From contig CAWEYL010000002.1 in assembly GCA_963813335.1 (NCBI GenBank), positions 32,001-96,000 on the forward strand: a stretch of 64,000 nt of DNA, given 5' to 3'. The DNA is from an uncultured Chloroflexia bacterium (GTDB lineage: Bacteria > Chloroflexota > Limnocylindria > Limnocylindrales > CSP1-4). This document shows, in pieces, positions 17,940 through 32,237 of the stretch (positions are counted from its first letter, which is position 1; each line of letters begins with the position of its first letter). The notes beneath the pieces were generated by a model, which saw nothing but the letters and a program-made list of their open reading frames with translations, searched no databases and was not told the DNA's origin. Made by a program: the position numbers and the translations under genes.

Positions 17940-19282
17940 GAGGTGGTGGCCGTGGTCCCTTCCGAGACGCGCTCGATCCTGGCCCCCAGGTCGAGGAACT
18001 TGCGCTCGATGTTCTCATAGCCCCGCTGAACGTGGTGCGCACCGTGGATCGTCGAGGTGCCGTCGGCCGCGAGCGCGGCCAGGATGAGCGAGGCGCCGGC
18101 GCGCAGGTCGCCGATCTCGACCTCGGCGCCGTGGAGCGCGGCGCGGCCCGTGATCGTCGCGTGCTGGGCGTCGGTCGTGTCGGCCACGACGCCCATCCGG
18201 CGGACCTCGAGGAGCCACTCGAGACGGTCCTCGAAGATGGCCTCATGGACGCGGGAGACGCCCTGCGCCTGGGTCAGCAGCACGCAGGTCGGCGGCTGGA
18301 GGTCGGTGGCCAGGCCCGGATACGGCGCGGTCTCGATGTCGACGGCGCGATAGCCCGAGCCGTCCAGCGCGGAGCCGTCGACCTCGATGGTGTCCGCGCC
18401 GCAGGCGACGCCCACGCCGACCTGCTCGACGGTCTCGAGGAACGCGCCGAGGTGGTCGCACGGCGCACCCTCGAGCGTGACCTTGCCGCCCGTCACCGCG
18501 GCGGCGACGACGAACGTCCCCGCCTCGATGCGGTCCGGGACGACGCGGTGCTCGGCCCCGCGGAGCCGCTTGCGGCCCTCGATCTCGATCGTGTCCGGCG
18601 CGGTCCGCTCGACGGCGGCGCCCATCGCCACGAGGAACGCGATGAGGTCGTCGACCTCGGGCTCCTGCGCGGCCGGGCGGATCGTCGTGTGGCCGTCGGC
18701 CAGGGTGGCGGCGAGCATCGCGTTCTCGGTGCCCATCACCGACACGAAGGGGAACGTGACCTCGCCGCCGCGCAGGCGGCCCGGCGCGGTCGCGAAGTAG
18801 TAGCCGTTGCGGTAGTCGATCGACGCGCCGAGGGCGCGCATCGCGTCGACATGCAGGTCGACCGGCCGCCGGCCGATCCGGTCGCCGCCAGGGTTGCTCA
18901 TGATCACCCGGCCGAAGCGCGCCAGGAGCGGGCCGAGCAGGATGAAGCTGGCGCGCATCTTGGCCGCGGCCTCCAGCGGGACGAACAGCCACTCGACGTC
19001 GCCCGACGCGATCTCCATGGTGTTGGGATCCGGTCGGTCGACCACGACCCCGAGGTCGCGGAGGGTGTCGGCGAGGACGCGGACGTCCTCGATGTCCGGG
19101 ACGTTCGTGAAGCGGCAGCGCTCGCCGGTCAGGGTGGCCGCGGCCATGAGCTTCAGGGCGGCGTTCTTGGCCCCGCTGATCGGGACGGTGCCGTGCAGGG
19201 GCTGACCACCCTGGACCCGGAAGAGCTCTCGGGCGACCGGTTCGGGGCGGTACTCCCAGTGGAACGGCCTCGCGTCGGCCAC
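17936..19282 (-). CDS. murA: UDP-N-acetylglucosamine 1-carboxyvinyltransferase
   Basis: [40 protein letters not shown]. Confidence 0.96.
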   Translation of the reverse strand: MADARPFHWEYRPEPVARELFRVQGGQPLHGTVPISGAKNAALKLMAAATLTGERCRFTNVPDIEDVRVLADTLRDLGVVVDRPDPNTMEIASGDVEWLFVPLEAAAKMRASFILLGPLLARFGRVIMSNPGGDRIGRRPVDLHVDAMRALGASIDYRNGYYFATAPGRLRGGEVTFPFVSVMGTENAMLAATLADGHTTIRPAAQEPEVDDLIAFLVAMGAAVERTAPDTIEIEGRKRLRGAEHRVVPDRIEAGTFVVAAAVTGGKVTLEGAPCDHLGAFLETVEQVGVGVACGADTIEVDGSALDGSGYRAVDIETAPYPGLATDLQPPTCVLLTQAQGVSRVHEAIFEDRLEWLLEVRRMGVVADTTDAQHATITGRAALHGAEVEIGDLRAGASLILAALAADGTSTIHGAHHVQRGYENIERKFLDLGARIERVSEGTTATTS

Positions 19283-19284
19283 GC

Positions 19285-19714
19285 TCAGCCCCGGTGCCTC
19301 GGACCCTCGCGGTGACGCCGCTCCGCGACGCGGATCCGGAGGAGGGCCGCCTGGAGCTGGGCGCGGGCTGCGGCCAGGTCGGCCGGCTCGCCGGTCGAGG
19401 ACTTCGACGGCCCGCTCCGCCTCGCGGCGGGCCTGCTGCGCCTTCTCGAGGTCGATCTCGCTGGCCATGTCGGCGGTCTCCGCCATCACCACGACCCGGT
19501 CGGGGCGGACCTGCAGGAAGCCGCCGACGATGGCGAACGACTCCTCGGTGCCGCCCTTGCGGATGCGCAGCTCGCCGACGCCGAGCATCGACACGAGCGG
19601 GGCGTGGTGCGGCAGCACCCCGAGCTCGCCCTCGGCACCGGGCAGGACGACCGCGTCGACCATGTCCGAGTAGGCGAGCCGCTCCGGCGTGACGATCTCG
19701 AGCAGGAGGGACAT
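19285..19714 (-). CDS. atpC: ATP synthase epsilon (one +1 frameshift near 19405)
   Basis: LEIVTPER...[11 protein letters not shown]; removing one base restores ...AALLRIRVA and a TGA at 19285; apparent murA fusion is artefactual. Confidence 0.9.
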
Positions 19715-19715
19715 G

Positions 19716-21129
<1,414 letters not shown>

Positions 21130-21157
21130 GGGGTTCAGCCTCCTGCGTCCTTGGGCG

Positions 21158-22009
21158 TCAGCGGGCGTTCGCGCCGGACGCGATCTCGATCATCTCGCGG
21201 GTGATGTTGGATTGACGGACCTTGTTGTACGAGAGGGTCAGGTCCTCGATGAGGTCCTCGGCGTTCTCGGTCGCGTTCTTCATCGCGACCATCCGGCTCG
21301 ATTCCTCGCTCGCCTTGGCCTCGAGCACGGCCTGGTAGAGGCGCGTGGCGACGAAGCGCGGCAGGAGCCGCTCCAGCACGTCCGAGGCGCTCGGCTCGAA
21401 GATGAACTGGTTGCCGGGGATCCCCTCCGTGTCGGCGGTCGGCTGGATCGGGAGGATCGTCAGCTTCTCGGGGCGCTGGACCAGGGTCGACACGAAGCGG
21501 CTGTAGACGACGTCCACCGAGCCGTACGTGCCGGCCAGGAAGTCGTCGGTCACGAGGCGCGCCAGCGGCAGCACGTCCGAGAAGGACGGCCGGTCGCCGA
21601 AGGTCGCGAAGTGGGCCTCCAGCGGGACGCCGGTGCGGCGCATCGCGTCGCGGCCCTTGCGCCCGACGGTGACGACCGCGAGGTCGCCGGGGTTGTCGAT
21701 GATGTCGCGCGCGACGAAGCGCACGATGTTGGTGTTGAGCGGCCCCGACAGCGGCCGGTCGGTCGTGATCAGCACGATCAGGCGCTTGCCCACCGGGTTG
21801 GCCGCCAGCAGCGGATGGTCCTCGCCGCCGAGCACGGCCGCGAGGTCGGCCAGGACCTCGTCGAGCTTCTCGCTGTACGGCCGCGACGCGAGCGTCGCGT
21901 CCTGCGCTCGCTTGAGCTTGCTCGCCGCGACGAACTGCATCGCCCGCGTGATCTGCTTGATGTTCTTCACGACGCCGATGCGGCGGCGGATGTCGCGCTG
22001 GCTAGCCAT
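21158..22009 (-). CDS. atpG: ATP synthase gamma
   Basis: [14 protein letters not shown]; [12 protein letters not shown]; [12 protein letters not shown]. Confidence 0.96.
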   Translation of the reverse strand: MASQRDIRRRIGVVKNIKQITRAMQFVAASKLKRAQDATLASRPYSEKLDEVLADLAAVLGGEDHPLLAANPVGKRLIVLITTDRPLSGPLNTNIVRFVARDIIDNPGDLAVVTVGRKGRDAMRRTGVPLEAHFATFGDRPSFSDVLPLARLVTDDFLAGTYGSVDVVYSRFVSTLVQRPEKLTILPIQPTADTEGIPGNQFIFEPSASDVLERLLPRFVATRLYQAVLEAKASEESSRMVAMKNATENAEDLIEDLTLSYNKVRQSNITREMIEIASGANAR

Positions 22010-22029
22010 GGTGCCGGTCCGTCCTCGAC

Positions 22030-23565
<1,536 letters not shown>

Positions 23566-23577
23566 GGATCAGATCTC

Positions 23578-24123
23578 CTAGAGGGCGCCCGACACGAGCT
23601 GGTTCCGCAGTCGCTCGAGGCGGCCTCGGACGCTTCCGTCGATCAGGCGGTCGCCGATGCGCACGACCAGGCCGCCCAGCAGGCTGGGATCGACCTGGAC
23701 CGCGAGCTCGACGGGGCCGCCGGTGGACTGTTGGAGGCGCTCGGTCAGGGCCCGGACCTCGTCCGGGGTGAGCGGCGCGGCGGTGATGGCGGTGGCGACG
23801 GTGATGCCCTGGCGGGCGTTGTCGAGACGGCGGAACTCGGCCGCGATGGTGGCCAGCTGGTCGAAGCGACCGCGCCGGATCATCAGGCCGATGAGGTTGA
23901 GGACCGGGCGCGAGACCGACGACCCGAAGGTCGACTCGGCCATCTCCAGGCGTCGCTCGAGCGGGATGGCCGGGTTGGCCAGCTCCCGACCGATGCGAGC
24001 GTCGGACGCGACGTCCGCCGCCAGGTCGAGCTCGGAGCGCCATGCCTCGACGGTCCCGTCGCGCATGCCGACCGAGAACGCGGCCTCGGCGTAGCGTCGC
24101 GCGGCCGTCTCGCGGGTCGCCAT
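23578..24123 (-). CDS. atpH: ATP synthase delta
   Basis: ARRYAEA; DPSLLGG...IDGSV. Confidence 0.95.
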   Translation of the reverse strand: MATRETAARRYAEAAFSVGMRDGTVEAWRSELDLAADVASDARIGRELANPAIPLERRLEMAESTFGSSVSRPVLNLIGLMIRRGRFDQLATIAAEFRRLDNARQGITVATAITAAPLTPDEVRALTERLQQSTGGPVELAVQVDPSLLGGLVVRIGDRLIDGSVRGRLERLRNQLVSGAL

Positions 24124-24695
24124 CAGTTCTTCGACCCGCCGGTCATGCTGCCGCTGAGGAACTCCTCGACGAGGCGCCGCTGGCGCTCGTCGGACATCGT
24201 CTCCCCGACGACCCGGCCGGCGGCCAGGAGCGCCAGGTCGGCGACCTCCGCACGGACCTCCGAGATCGCCCGGACCTTCTCCGACTCGATGTCGGCGGCG
24301 GCCCGGACGCGCAGCCGTTCCAGCTCCTCGCGGGTGCTGGCGATGTCGGCGTCGCGGGTCTCCTGGGCCACCTTCTGGGCGCGGTTGATGATCTCGTTGG
24401 CCTCGCGGCGCGCCTCGGTGAGCGTCGACACGCGCTCGGACTCGGCGTTCTCGCGGTCGCGGCGCGCCTGCTCGGCGTCCTTCAGGCCTTCCTCGATCCG
24501 CGTCCGGCGCTCGGCGAGCATCCTCCGGATCGTCCCGCCGAACAGCAGGTTGAGGACGACCAGGAAGACCAGGAAGTTGAGCGCCGAGACGATGATCCAG
24601 AAGCCGTTGATGGCGAGCCCGGACGACTCCTCGGCGGCCGGCGCGATGGCACCGACGCCGCCATGGAACGTCCCGACGATCGCGAGCGGGTCCAC
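24123..24695 (-). CDS. atpF: ATP synthase subunit b
   Basis: TM segment LNFLVFL followed by charged coiled coil; operon position. Confidence 0.93.
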   Translation of the reverse strand: MDPLAIVGTFHGGVGAIAPAAEESSGLAINGFWIIVSALNFLVFLVVLNLLFGGTIRRMLAERRTRIEEGLKDAEQARRDRENAESERVSTLTEARREANEIINRAQKVAQETRDADIASTREELERLRVRAAADIESEKVRAISEVRAEVADLALLAAGRVVGETMSDERQRRLVEEFLSGSMTGGSKN

Positions 24696-24719
24696 GATCG
24701 GTACTCCAGTCGCCTACGG

Positions 24720-24932
24720 CTACTTGAGGACGATCGCGAGGATCGCGACGACGATCGCGAGCACGCCGAGGCCTTCGGCAAACGCCGCGCCGAGGATGAA
24801 CTGCGCCCGGATGCTCGGGGTCGCGTCGGGGTTGCGCCCGATCGCGGTGGCCGCGAGGCCGGTCAGGATCCCGATGCCGATGCCCGGGCCGATGACGCCG
24901 AGAGCGGCAAGACCTGCGCCGATGTGCTCCAT
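24720..24932 (-). CDS. atpE: ATP synthase subunit c
   Basis: GPGIGIG, RNP loop, carboxylate in FAE. Confidence 0.96.
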   Translation of the reverse strand: MEHIGAGLAALGVIGPGIGIGILTGLAATAIGRNPDATPSIRAQFILGAAFAEGLGVLAIVVAILAIVLK

Positions 24933-25017
24933 GTGTTCCTTCCTCCTTGGCCCGGTCTCCGCCGGGCTTCCTGTGCCGATGGTTGGTGGGGTGGTCGACG
25001 CGCGCGCGTCGCGGATG

Positions 25018-26052
25018 TCAGTGGGCAGCCTCCGCTGCCGGGAAGCTCCGATGCTCCAGGGCCTCTTCCATCTCCGTCCCCACCGCTTCGCCGTCGTGAT
25101 GCCCCTCGATCGCGATCAGCGTGTACATCAGGGCGAGGGTCGAGAAGATGAGGGCCTGGATCAGGTTGAGCAGGACTTCCAGCGAGATCATCGCCACCGG
25201 CACCAGCACGAGCGTGAGCGCCGTGATGACTCCGAGGGCCACTTCGCCGCCGTAGATGTTGCCGAAGAGGCGCATCGCCAGCGTGATGGGCTTGATGAAC
25301 TCGAGCATGAACTCGATGAGGCCGACGAACATGTCGATGACCCCGTTGGCGATCCCATGGCGGAAGCCGCTGAGGACGAAGAACTTGCCGAGGTAGCCGC
25401 GGAAGCCCAGCGCCTGGAACCCGCGGAAGTGGAAGTAGAAGAAGGCGACCAGCGCGAGCCCGAGCGTGATGTTCAGGTCGCTGGTCGGGGCGCGGAAGGC
25501 CTCGATGCGGCCGAAGAACGGGAGCAGCCCGCTCCAGTTCGAGAACAGGATGAACAGGAAGAACGCCACGAACAGCGGGATGTGCTTGGCGGCCGCCGAG
25601 CCGCCCAGCGAGGTCGCCCAGTTCTCGAGCGATTCCCACGTGAACTCGATGAGGTTCTGGAACCGGCCCGGGATCATCTTGAGACCGCGCGTCCCGAGGA
25701 AGGCCACCAGGAGGACGACCGCCATCACGCACCAGGTGGTGAAGATCGTGTTGGTGATGCTCGGGTGGAACGACACGATCGCGCCGGGCGGGACCGGGTC
25801 GTCGGGCGCGAGGTCGACCAGCACGTGCGGGGCCGGCAGCTCCAGGTTGGCGGTGATCAGGTCGGAGATGCCGCTGACCGCCTGGCCAGGCTCGCCGACC
25901 GGGAACGGCGGCACGAGGATGAACGCGACGACGTTGAGGGCCACGACGATCGCCAGGAACGCGATCAGCCGGTTGCGGATGCTCTTCTTCGGCACGGGGG
26001 CGGCGTCGACCGGCTCACCGGGCGGGGACGCTGCGACCTGCTCGCTCGTCAC
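25018..26052 (-). CDS. atpB: ATP synthase subunit a
   Basis: PGRFQ, APTSDLN, LAMRLFGNI, IQALIF. Confidence 0.95.
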   Translation of the reverse strand: MTSEQVAASPPGEPVDAAPVPKKSIRNRLIAFLAIVVALNVVAFILVPPFPVGEPGQAVSGISDLITANLELPAPHVLVDLAPDDPVPPGAIVSFHPSITNTIFTTWCVMAVVLLVAFLGTRGLKMIPGRFQNLIEFTWESLENWATSLGGSAAAKHIPLFVAFFLFILFSNWSGLLPFFGRIEAFRAPTSDLNITLGLALVAFFYFHFRGFQALGFRGYLGKFFVLSGFRHGIANGVIDMFVGLIEFMLEFIKPITLAMRLFGNIYGGEVALGVITALTLVLVPVAMISLEVLLNLIQALIFSTLALMYTLIAIEGHHDGEAVGTEMEEALEHRSFPAAEAAH

Positions 26053-26123
26053 GCTTGCTCCACACACAGGAGCGCGGCGTCATGCCGCGCTCGATCCTCC
26101 ACCGTCGGTCGGGGCAGACCGAC

Positions 26124-26345
26124 TCACTCGATCGTTTCCAGGAACCGGCTCACCAGCCTCATGATCGCGACGGTCCCGGCTCCAGCACCGAGGAAGAACC
26201 CGACGATCACGAAGAGTGGGAGGGTCCCCAACTGCCCGTCGACCCAGCGGCCCACCAGCACGCCGAGCAGGGTCGTGACCAGGAGAGAGATGCCGATCTG
26301 GGAGAAGAGGGCGACATAGGCCCAACCCCGGCCGGGCTCGATCAT
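26124..26345 (-). CDS. AtpZ/AtpI-family small membrane protein
   Basis: Two TM helices, GRWVD...GTLPLF motif; first gene of the atp operon. Confidence 0.8.
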   Translation of the reverse strand: MIEPGRGWAYVALFSQIGISLLVTTLLGVLVGRWVDGQLGTLPLFVIVGFFLGAGAGTVAIMRLVSRFLETIE

Positions 26346-26368
26346 GGGCGACCTGACAAGGCCGCGGC

Positions 26369-26377
26369 AGTATAGCA
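26369..26377 (-). promoter_or_regulatory. Extended -10 promoter of the atp operon
   Basis: TG-C-TATACT on the minus strand just upstream of atpZ. Confidence 0.6.
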
Positions 26378-26424
26378 GGTGGGCTGCGGGCCCGATCCGC
26401 GACCGAACCGCAACCTTCGAGACG

Positions 26425-29400
26425 TCAGCGGAGGACCGCGAACGCGTCCAGCTCGACCCGGCCGTCACCGACGGCGCGCACCTCGAACGTGTGGGCCCCG
26501 AGGGTCGCGAAGTGGCGGGCGAAGATCAGCTGCCGGTAGGCGACGGACGATCGGGCGAGGTTGACGGTGGCGGCCAGGATCCCGTCGACATAGACCTGGG
26601 CGTGACCGCTGCCTTTCGAGCGCGACACGACCAGTGCGATGTCGGTCGCGGTGGTGTGCAGGACCGCGACCCGGTCGCCCGAGCTCGTGTAGCGCACGGC
26701 ACCGCCGAGGGCGTCCGGGCGCCTGGCCGACGTCCACGTGCCGCCGTAGCCGATGGCCGCGTGGGTCTCCTCGTAGCGCCCGAGCCGGAACGTCGGCCCG
26801 TACGCGTAGGCGCCGGCGTTGCCCTCCCGGTCGTACGCCTTGACCCGGAACCGGTAGGTCTTGCCGTAGGCGAGCGTCTGGTCGATCGACGTGGTGGTCG
26901 CCTTGGGGAGCTTCACGGTCTTGAACGTCCCGCCGTTGGTGCTCACCTGGAGCAGGTAGCGGACCACCCCGGAACCGTGATCCGACGCGGACCAGCGCAG
27001 GTGCGTCCGGGTCGAGGTCGCGCTGAGGGTCTGGGCGGGCAGGCTCTGGATCGGCGCGACCGAGATCGGCCCGGCGGCATCCCGGTCGACGGTGACCAGC
27101 ACCACCGCACTGTCGGTGTCGCCGTGGCCGTCGTCGACGGTGTAGGTGAACCGGTCGGTGCCGTGGAACAACGTGGCGGGGCGGTAGGTGAGGCCGGTCC
27201 CGTTGCCGGTGATCGCGACCGTGCCGTGCGTCGCGCCCGCCGCGGACGCGATCGTGAGCTCATTGCCATCGAGGTCGATGTCGTTCCCGAGCACATCGAG
27301 CGCGGTCGCCCCGGCACCTTCAGCCACGTGGAAGCCGATGTCGTTGACGGCACTCGGCGGATCGTTCTCGCCGCCGATGGTCCATCGTCACCGTCGCGGT
27401 CGCGGTCCCGCCGTGCCCGTCCGAGATCGTGTAGGTGAACGAGTCGGCGCCGGAGAAGTTCATGAACGGCCGATAGGTCAGCCCCGTGCCGCCGCCGGTG
27501 ATGACGACCGCGCCCTTCGAGCCCTGGGTGACCGACGTGATCGAGAGCGGGTCGCCGTCGATGTCCTGATCGCCCGCCAGGACCGCGAAGGCGGTCGCGG
27601 GCGCATCCTCGTCGATGCCGAAGGTGTCGTCATCGGCGGTCGGCGAGTCGTTGACCGGCGTGATCGTGACCGTCACCGACGCCGTGCGCGTCGCGATCCC
27701 GTCAGAGACCGTGTACGTGAAGGCGTCCGTGCCGTTCACGTTGTCGTTCGGGCGGTAGGTCAGCCCGGAGCCGCCGCCGGTGATCGCGACGACGCCCTTC
27801 GCGCCGTCGGTGGTCGAGACGATCGACAGGGAGTCGCCGTCGATGTCCGAATCGTTGCCCCGCACGTCGATCGGCGTCGCGCCGGCGTCCTCGAGCATGG
27901 TCGCCGTGTCGTCGAGGGCGATCGGGGGATCGTTCGTCGGGTCGACGGTGACCGAGACCGTCGCCGTGTCGGTCATGCCATGCCCGTCCGAGATGGTGTA
28001 GGTGAAGCTGTCGGAGCCGTTGTAGTCGGGGCTCGGGTCGTAGGTCAGACCGGTGCCGCCGCCGGCGATGGCGACCGACCCGTGCGCCCCGTTCGTGACC
28101 CCGACGATGGTCAGGCTGTTCCCGTCGATGTCGTCGTCGTTGCCGAGCACGTCGATCGCGGTGGCGCCGCCGTCCTCGTCGACGGTCGCGTCGTCCGCGA
28201 CCGCGTCGGGCTTGTCGTTGACCGCGCGTGATCGTTACGTGGACGAGGCCCGTGTCCGTCCCGCCGTTCCCGTCGCTGATCGTGTAGGTGAAGGTGTCGG
28301 CGCCATTGGCGTTCGCGTCCGGCTCGTACGTCAGCCTGGAGCCGTCGTCGACGATCGCGACGGTGCCCTTGGCACCCTGCGTGACGGCGGTGATGGTCAG
28401 ATCGTCGCCCTCCGGGTCGCTGTCGTCGGCGAGGACGTCGGTCAACCACGGCGCCGCCGTCCTCGTTGATCGAGATCGAGTCGTCGCCAGCGGTCGGTGC
28501 GTCGTTCTGCGTGTCGATCGTGATCGTGAAGGTCTGCGGGTTCCCCGTGGGATCGCCGTACGTCACTCCTTGATCGACGATGGATCCGCCATCGTCGACC
28601 GGGGTCACGGTCACATGGGCCACCCCGTGCGCGTTCGCGGCAGGAGTGAAGGTCAGCCGGCCCTGGTTCGCGGTGCGTTGCGCGGCGATCGCAGGTTGGG
28701 TGGTGAACAGGCTCGACTCGCCGGCCCCGAGCCCGATCGTGAAGTGGATCGTGTCGAAGGCCTGCTCGTCCGGGGCGCCGTCGTCGAACGTGTTGACCCA
28801 GCCCGGGAAGCTCGCCGGTCCGCTGTCCTCGTCGACGCTGACGTCGCCATCGGACGTGAACGACGGCGGGTCGTTGACCAGGAGCACGTAGATCGAGCCA
28901 GTGACCGTGTTGGACACGTCCTCGCCGTCGGTGACGCGGTACTGGAACGTGTCCAGGGTCGCGGGGTTGCCGACGTTCCAGTCGTGGTCCGGCGTGTAGG
29001 TCCAGTGGTTCCCGGTCGGGGTCAGCGTCCCGTGGTCGGGCTGGCTGATCACGTCCATCCGGAGGTTGCCGAGCGGGTCGTCGACGTCCGTATCGTTCTG
29101 CAGGAAGTAGACGTCGATCTGCGGGGTCGCTGTGTCCTCCATGTTCGCCACGGTCTCCGGATGGGCGACCGGCGGGTCGTTCACGGCGGTCACCGTCACG
29201 TCGACCGTCGCCGTGCTCGGCCCGTCGTCGTTCGTGGCCGTGTAGGTGAACGTGTCGGGACCGCTGTAGTTCGCGGCCGGCGTGTAGGTGACGCTGGAGT
29301 CGTCGAAGGTGACGGACCCGTGGGCACCGTTGGTCTTGCCGGTGATCACGATCGGCCCCGCGTCGGTGCGAGTCGTTGCCCAGGACGTCGAGGACGTTCG

Positions 29401-29534
29401 CGCCGCTGTCCTCGTCGACGGAGACGGTAGTCGTCCACGGCGTCGGGGACCGCCGCGGCGGCGGAGATCGGGAGCAGGAGGACCGTGAGCAGCGAGGCCA
29501 GAAGGACGACGGGCAGGCGCGTCGACCGCGTCAA
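26425..29534 (-). CDS. Secreted Ig-like/cadherin-like (Big_9/tandem-95) repeat protein, about 1034 aa, five +1 frameshifts
   Basis: Signal peptide; repeated VNDxPxAxDD...DVLxNDxDxDG...G.DxFTYTxSDG units; FN3-like and basic C-terminal beta domain; removing 5 bases gives one 3105-nt frame. Confidence 0.85.
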
Positions 29535-30884
29535 GGCGTCATCACGACCGACTTGGAGTCCGAGTCGATCTGACCGGTCGCGTTCGTCGACGGTCAGCGT
29601 GATCGTGTAGAGCCCGGGGTCAGCATACTTGTGCGCGGCGGTCTTGCCGCTTCCGGTGTACGTGTCACCGAACTTCCACTCCCAGGACACTGCGTTGGGT
29701 GACGCAGAGCCGTCGACGGACACCGTGAGTCCGTTCCGCGTGTAGACGAAGCTGGCCGTCGGCGGCGGCGCGGGCGTCGGCTTCGGGGTCGGCCTGGGCG
29801 TCGGCGTCGGCTTCGGCGTCGGGGTCGGGGTCGGACTTGGCGTGGGCGTCGGACTTGGCGTGGGCGAGGGGGTCGGCGTCGGACTCGGCGTCGGCGAGGG
29901 GGTCGGCGTCGGGCTCGGTGTCGGGGTCGGCGTGGGCGTCGGCGAGGGGGTCGGCGTCGGACTCGGCGTCACGGTGGCCACGGCGATCGCAGGGTCGGAC
30001 GCCGGCGGGGCCGTGAGGTCGAGGACGGACCCCTGGGCTGACGGCATCAGGTTGACGCCCACGACGAGCACCATCGACAGCGCGACCATCAGGGCCGCGG
30101 CGTCGCGGACGAGGCGCTGCCGCAGGATCGATGGCTCGCTGGCCACGCGCGGGGCCTTGGGTGCCTTGGGCGTCTTGACGACGGGAGCCTTCGCCACGGG
30201 CGTTTGCGCGACAGCGGCCGCGGCCACGCCGGCGGCGGCCGCCGGTGAAGCGGAACCTGATGCTGACCCGGCCACGACGATCCGTGCCGGCCGGTGCGGG
30301 ACGGGCGCCCCGGTCGCGTCGACGGCGACCGCGGCGGCGGCGGCGGCGGACACGGGCATGCTCGATGGACGCATGTCGGCGGCGATCCCGGCCGATCCGG
30401 ACAGGCGGGCCAAGATCTCGGCCTCGCTCAGGGCGCGCACCGGTTCGACCGGCGGCTCGGGCCGCTTGCGCCCCGTCAGCCGTCGGAACAGGTACATGCC
30501 GACGGACCCTTCGACGATCCGTGCGAGTCGGCCCGGCTGGTGGGGCACCTTCGGTTCGGGGGTCGCCACTGGCTTCGAGGTCGCGCGCGCCGTGGGTGCG
30601 GCGGCGGCCATCGGCATCGCCGCGGACGTGTGGGCTGGCGCGGGCGGCGTCGCAGGCGCCCCGATGATGATCGGCGCGGGCGGTGTCGCGGGCGCCCCGA
30701 TGATGATCGGCGCCGCAGCCGCCTTCGCCGGCGCAGCAGCCTTCGCGGGCGCCGCCTTCGCCTTCGTGGACGCGCCCGTCCGCGAACCGGCCGGGCCCTT
30801 CGCGGAGGTCCGCAGCAGCGAGGCGCCGAGCACGACGCCGACCGTCGCGACGGCCGCGATGATGATGAGCAGATCGAGACTCAT
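29531..30884 (-). CDS. Membrane-anchored PKD-domain protein with Pro/Thr linker (one +1 frameshift near 29590)
   Basis: Two hydrophobic segments; PT/PS tract; PKD motif DGSAS...WKFGD...HKY..PG.YTITLTV. Confidence 0.82.
29762..29970 (-). repeat. Pro-Thr/Pro-Ser dipeptide repeat tract (coding)
   Basis: 6-nt periodic repeats encoding TPSPTPTP... Confidence 0.9.
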
Positions 30885-31033
30885 GGATCCCCGAGTAGTA
30901 CTTCGGTACCCCGTCCGTAGTACGGACAGCGGATGCTAGCAGCAAGAGCCGAAGCGGCCTATCGGACCCTTCCCCACCGGACCGCACCGGACCGCGCAGG
31001 CCGTCCGGATATCGGTGCCAGGAGACCACGCCC

Positions 31034-32194
31034 CTATTTGGCGGGTGCGTCGGTCCCCAGGTCGCTTGCGTCCGGATCGGGATCGTAGGCGTTCGCTTCG
31101 AGCTCGGAGGGCCGTCGCAGCGCCCCGCGCGTCGGCACGAAGAGGATCAGGCCGAAGGCGAGGAACACGCCCAGGAACGCGTACAGCTGGGTCACCCCGG
31201 AGAGCAGCATCGCCAGGAGCGCGAGCAGCAGGCAGATGCCGTAGATGGCGAGCACGGTCTGGCGGTGCGACAGCCCGAGGTCGAGCATCCGGTGGTGGAT
31301 GTGCCCGCGGTCCGGGCTGAACGGCGAGCGACCCTCGAGGAGCCGCCGCACGATGATCCAGAACGTGTCGATGATCGGCACGCCGAGCACGAGCAGCGCC
31401 ACGGCCACCTTCGCGGTCCCGAGGATCGAGAGCAGGGCCAGGCTGTAGCCGACGAACTGGACGCCGCTGGTCCCCGCGAAGATCGAGGCCGGGTGAAGGT
31501 TCCAGCGCAGGAACCCCAGCAACGAGCCGGCAAGGATGAAGCACAGCGCCGCGATGATCGGCTGATACACCGACGTCGAGAGGTTGATCAGCCCCAGCGT
31601 CACGGCCGCGATGAACGCGATCCCCGATGACAGGCCGTCGAGACCGTCGATGAAGTTGATGCTGTTGATCATCCCCACGATCCAGAAGATCGTGAAGCCG
31701 GCGGCGAACCAGTCGGGGAAGGTGATGACGTCGCCGCCGACCGGGTTGGCGATGAATGTGATGGTGATGCCGAGGGCGACCGCGAACACGCCGAGGCCGA
31801 TCTGGCCCGCGAGCTGCCAGCGGGCCCGGAGGTCGAGGAAGTCGTCGATGGCGCCGAGCGCCGCCGCCGCGGCGCCGCCGACCAGCAGGGCGACCAGCTG
31901 GCTCGTGACCGTCGAGCCGAGCGGCTCCTCGAGCCGGAACGGCAGGAGCCAGCCCAGGTCGTGCGTCGCGATGAAGATCAGGGCGACCGCGATGAACGCC
32001 GTCGCCACCGCGATCCCGCCGCCGCGCGGGATGGGGACGACATTGACGCGGCGTGCCTCCGGCCGGTCGAGCATCCCGTAGCGGACGACCAGCCGACGGA
32101 CGACCGGAGTCAGGATGAGCGCGATGAGCGCCGCGGCGAGGAACGCCACGACGATCGGGACGAACGCGTCGCCGAGCGTCGGGATGAAGGTCAT
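31034..32194 (-). CDS. WecA/TagO-type undecaprenyl-phosphate GlcNAc-1-P transferase
   Basis: [27 protein letters not shown] motifs. Confidence 0.92.
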   Translation of the reverse strand: MTFIPTLGDAFVPIVVAFLAAALIALILTPVVRRLVVRYGMLDRPEARRVNVVPIPRGGGIAVATAFIAVALIFIATHDLGWLLPFRLEEPLGSTVTSQLVALLVGGAAAAALGAIDDFLDLRARWQLAGQIGLGVFAVALGITITFIANPVGGDVITFPDWFAAGFTIFWIVGMINSINFIDGLDGLSSGIAFIAAVTLGLINLSTSVYQPIIAALCFILAGSLLGFLRWNLHPASIFAGTSGVQFVGYSLALLSILGTAKVAVALLVLGVPIIDTFWIIVRRLLEGRSPFSPDRGHIHHRMLDLGLSHRQTVLAIYGICLLLALLAMLLSGVTQLYAFLGVFLAFGLILFVPTRGALRRPSELEANAYDPDPDASDLGTDAPAK

Positions 32195-32237
32195 CGCACC
32201 ATCGGTACGTCGGGAGCGAGGCTGGCGCTGGCGGACC

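Noticed and set aside
17936-19714. Apparent AtpC-MurA fusion (592 aa ORF)
   Set aside because: Removing one base near 19405 restores a normal atpC stop at 19285 and a separate murA start at 19282
24720-24932. Na+-translocating ATP synthase
   Set aside because: The c subunit lacks the Q...ES/T Na+ signature (FAEG); proton type expected
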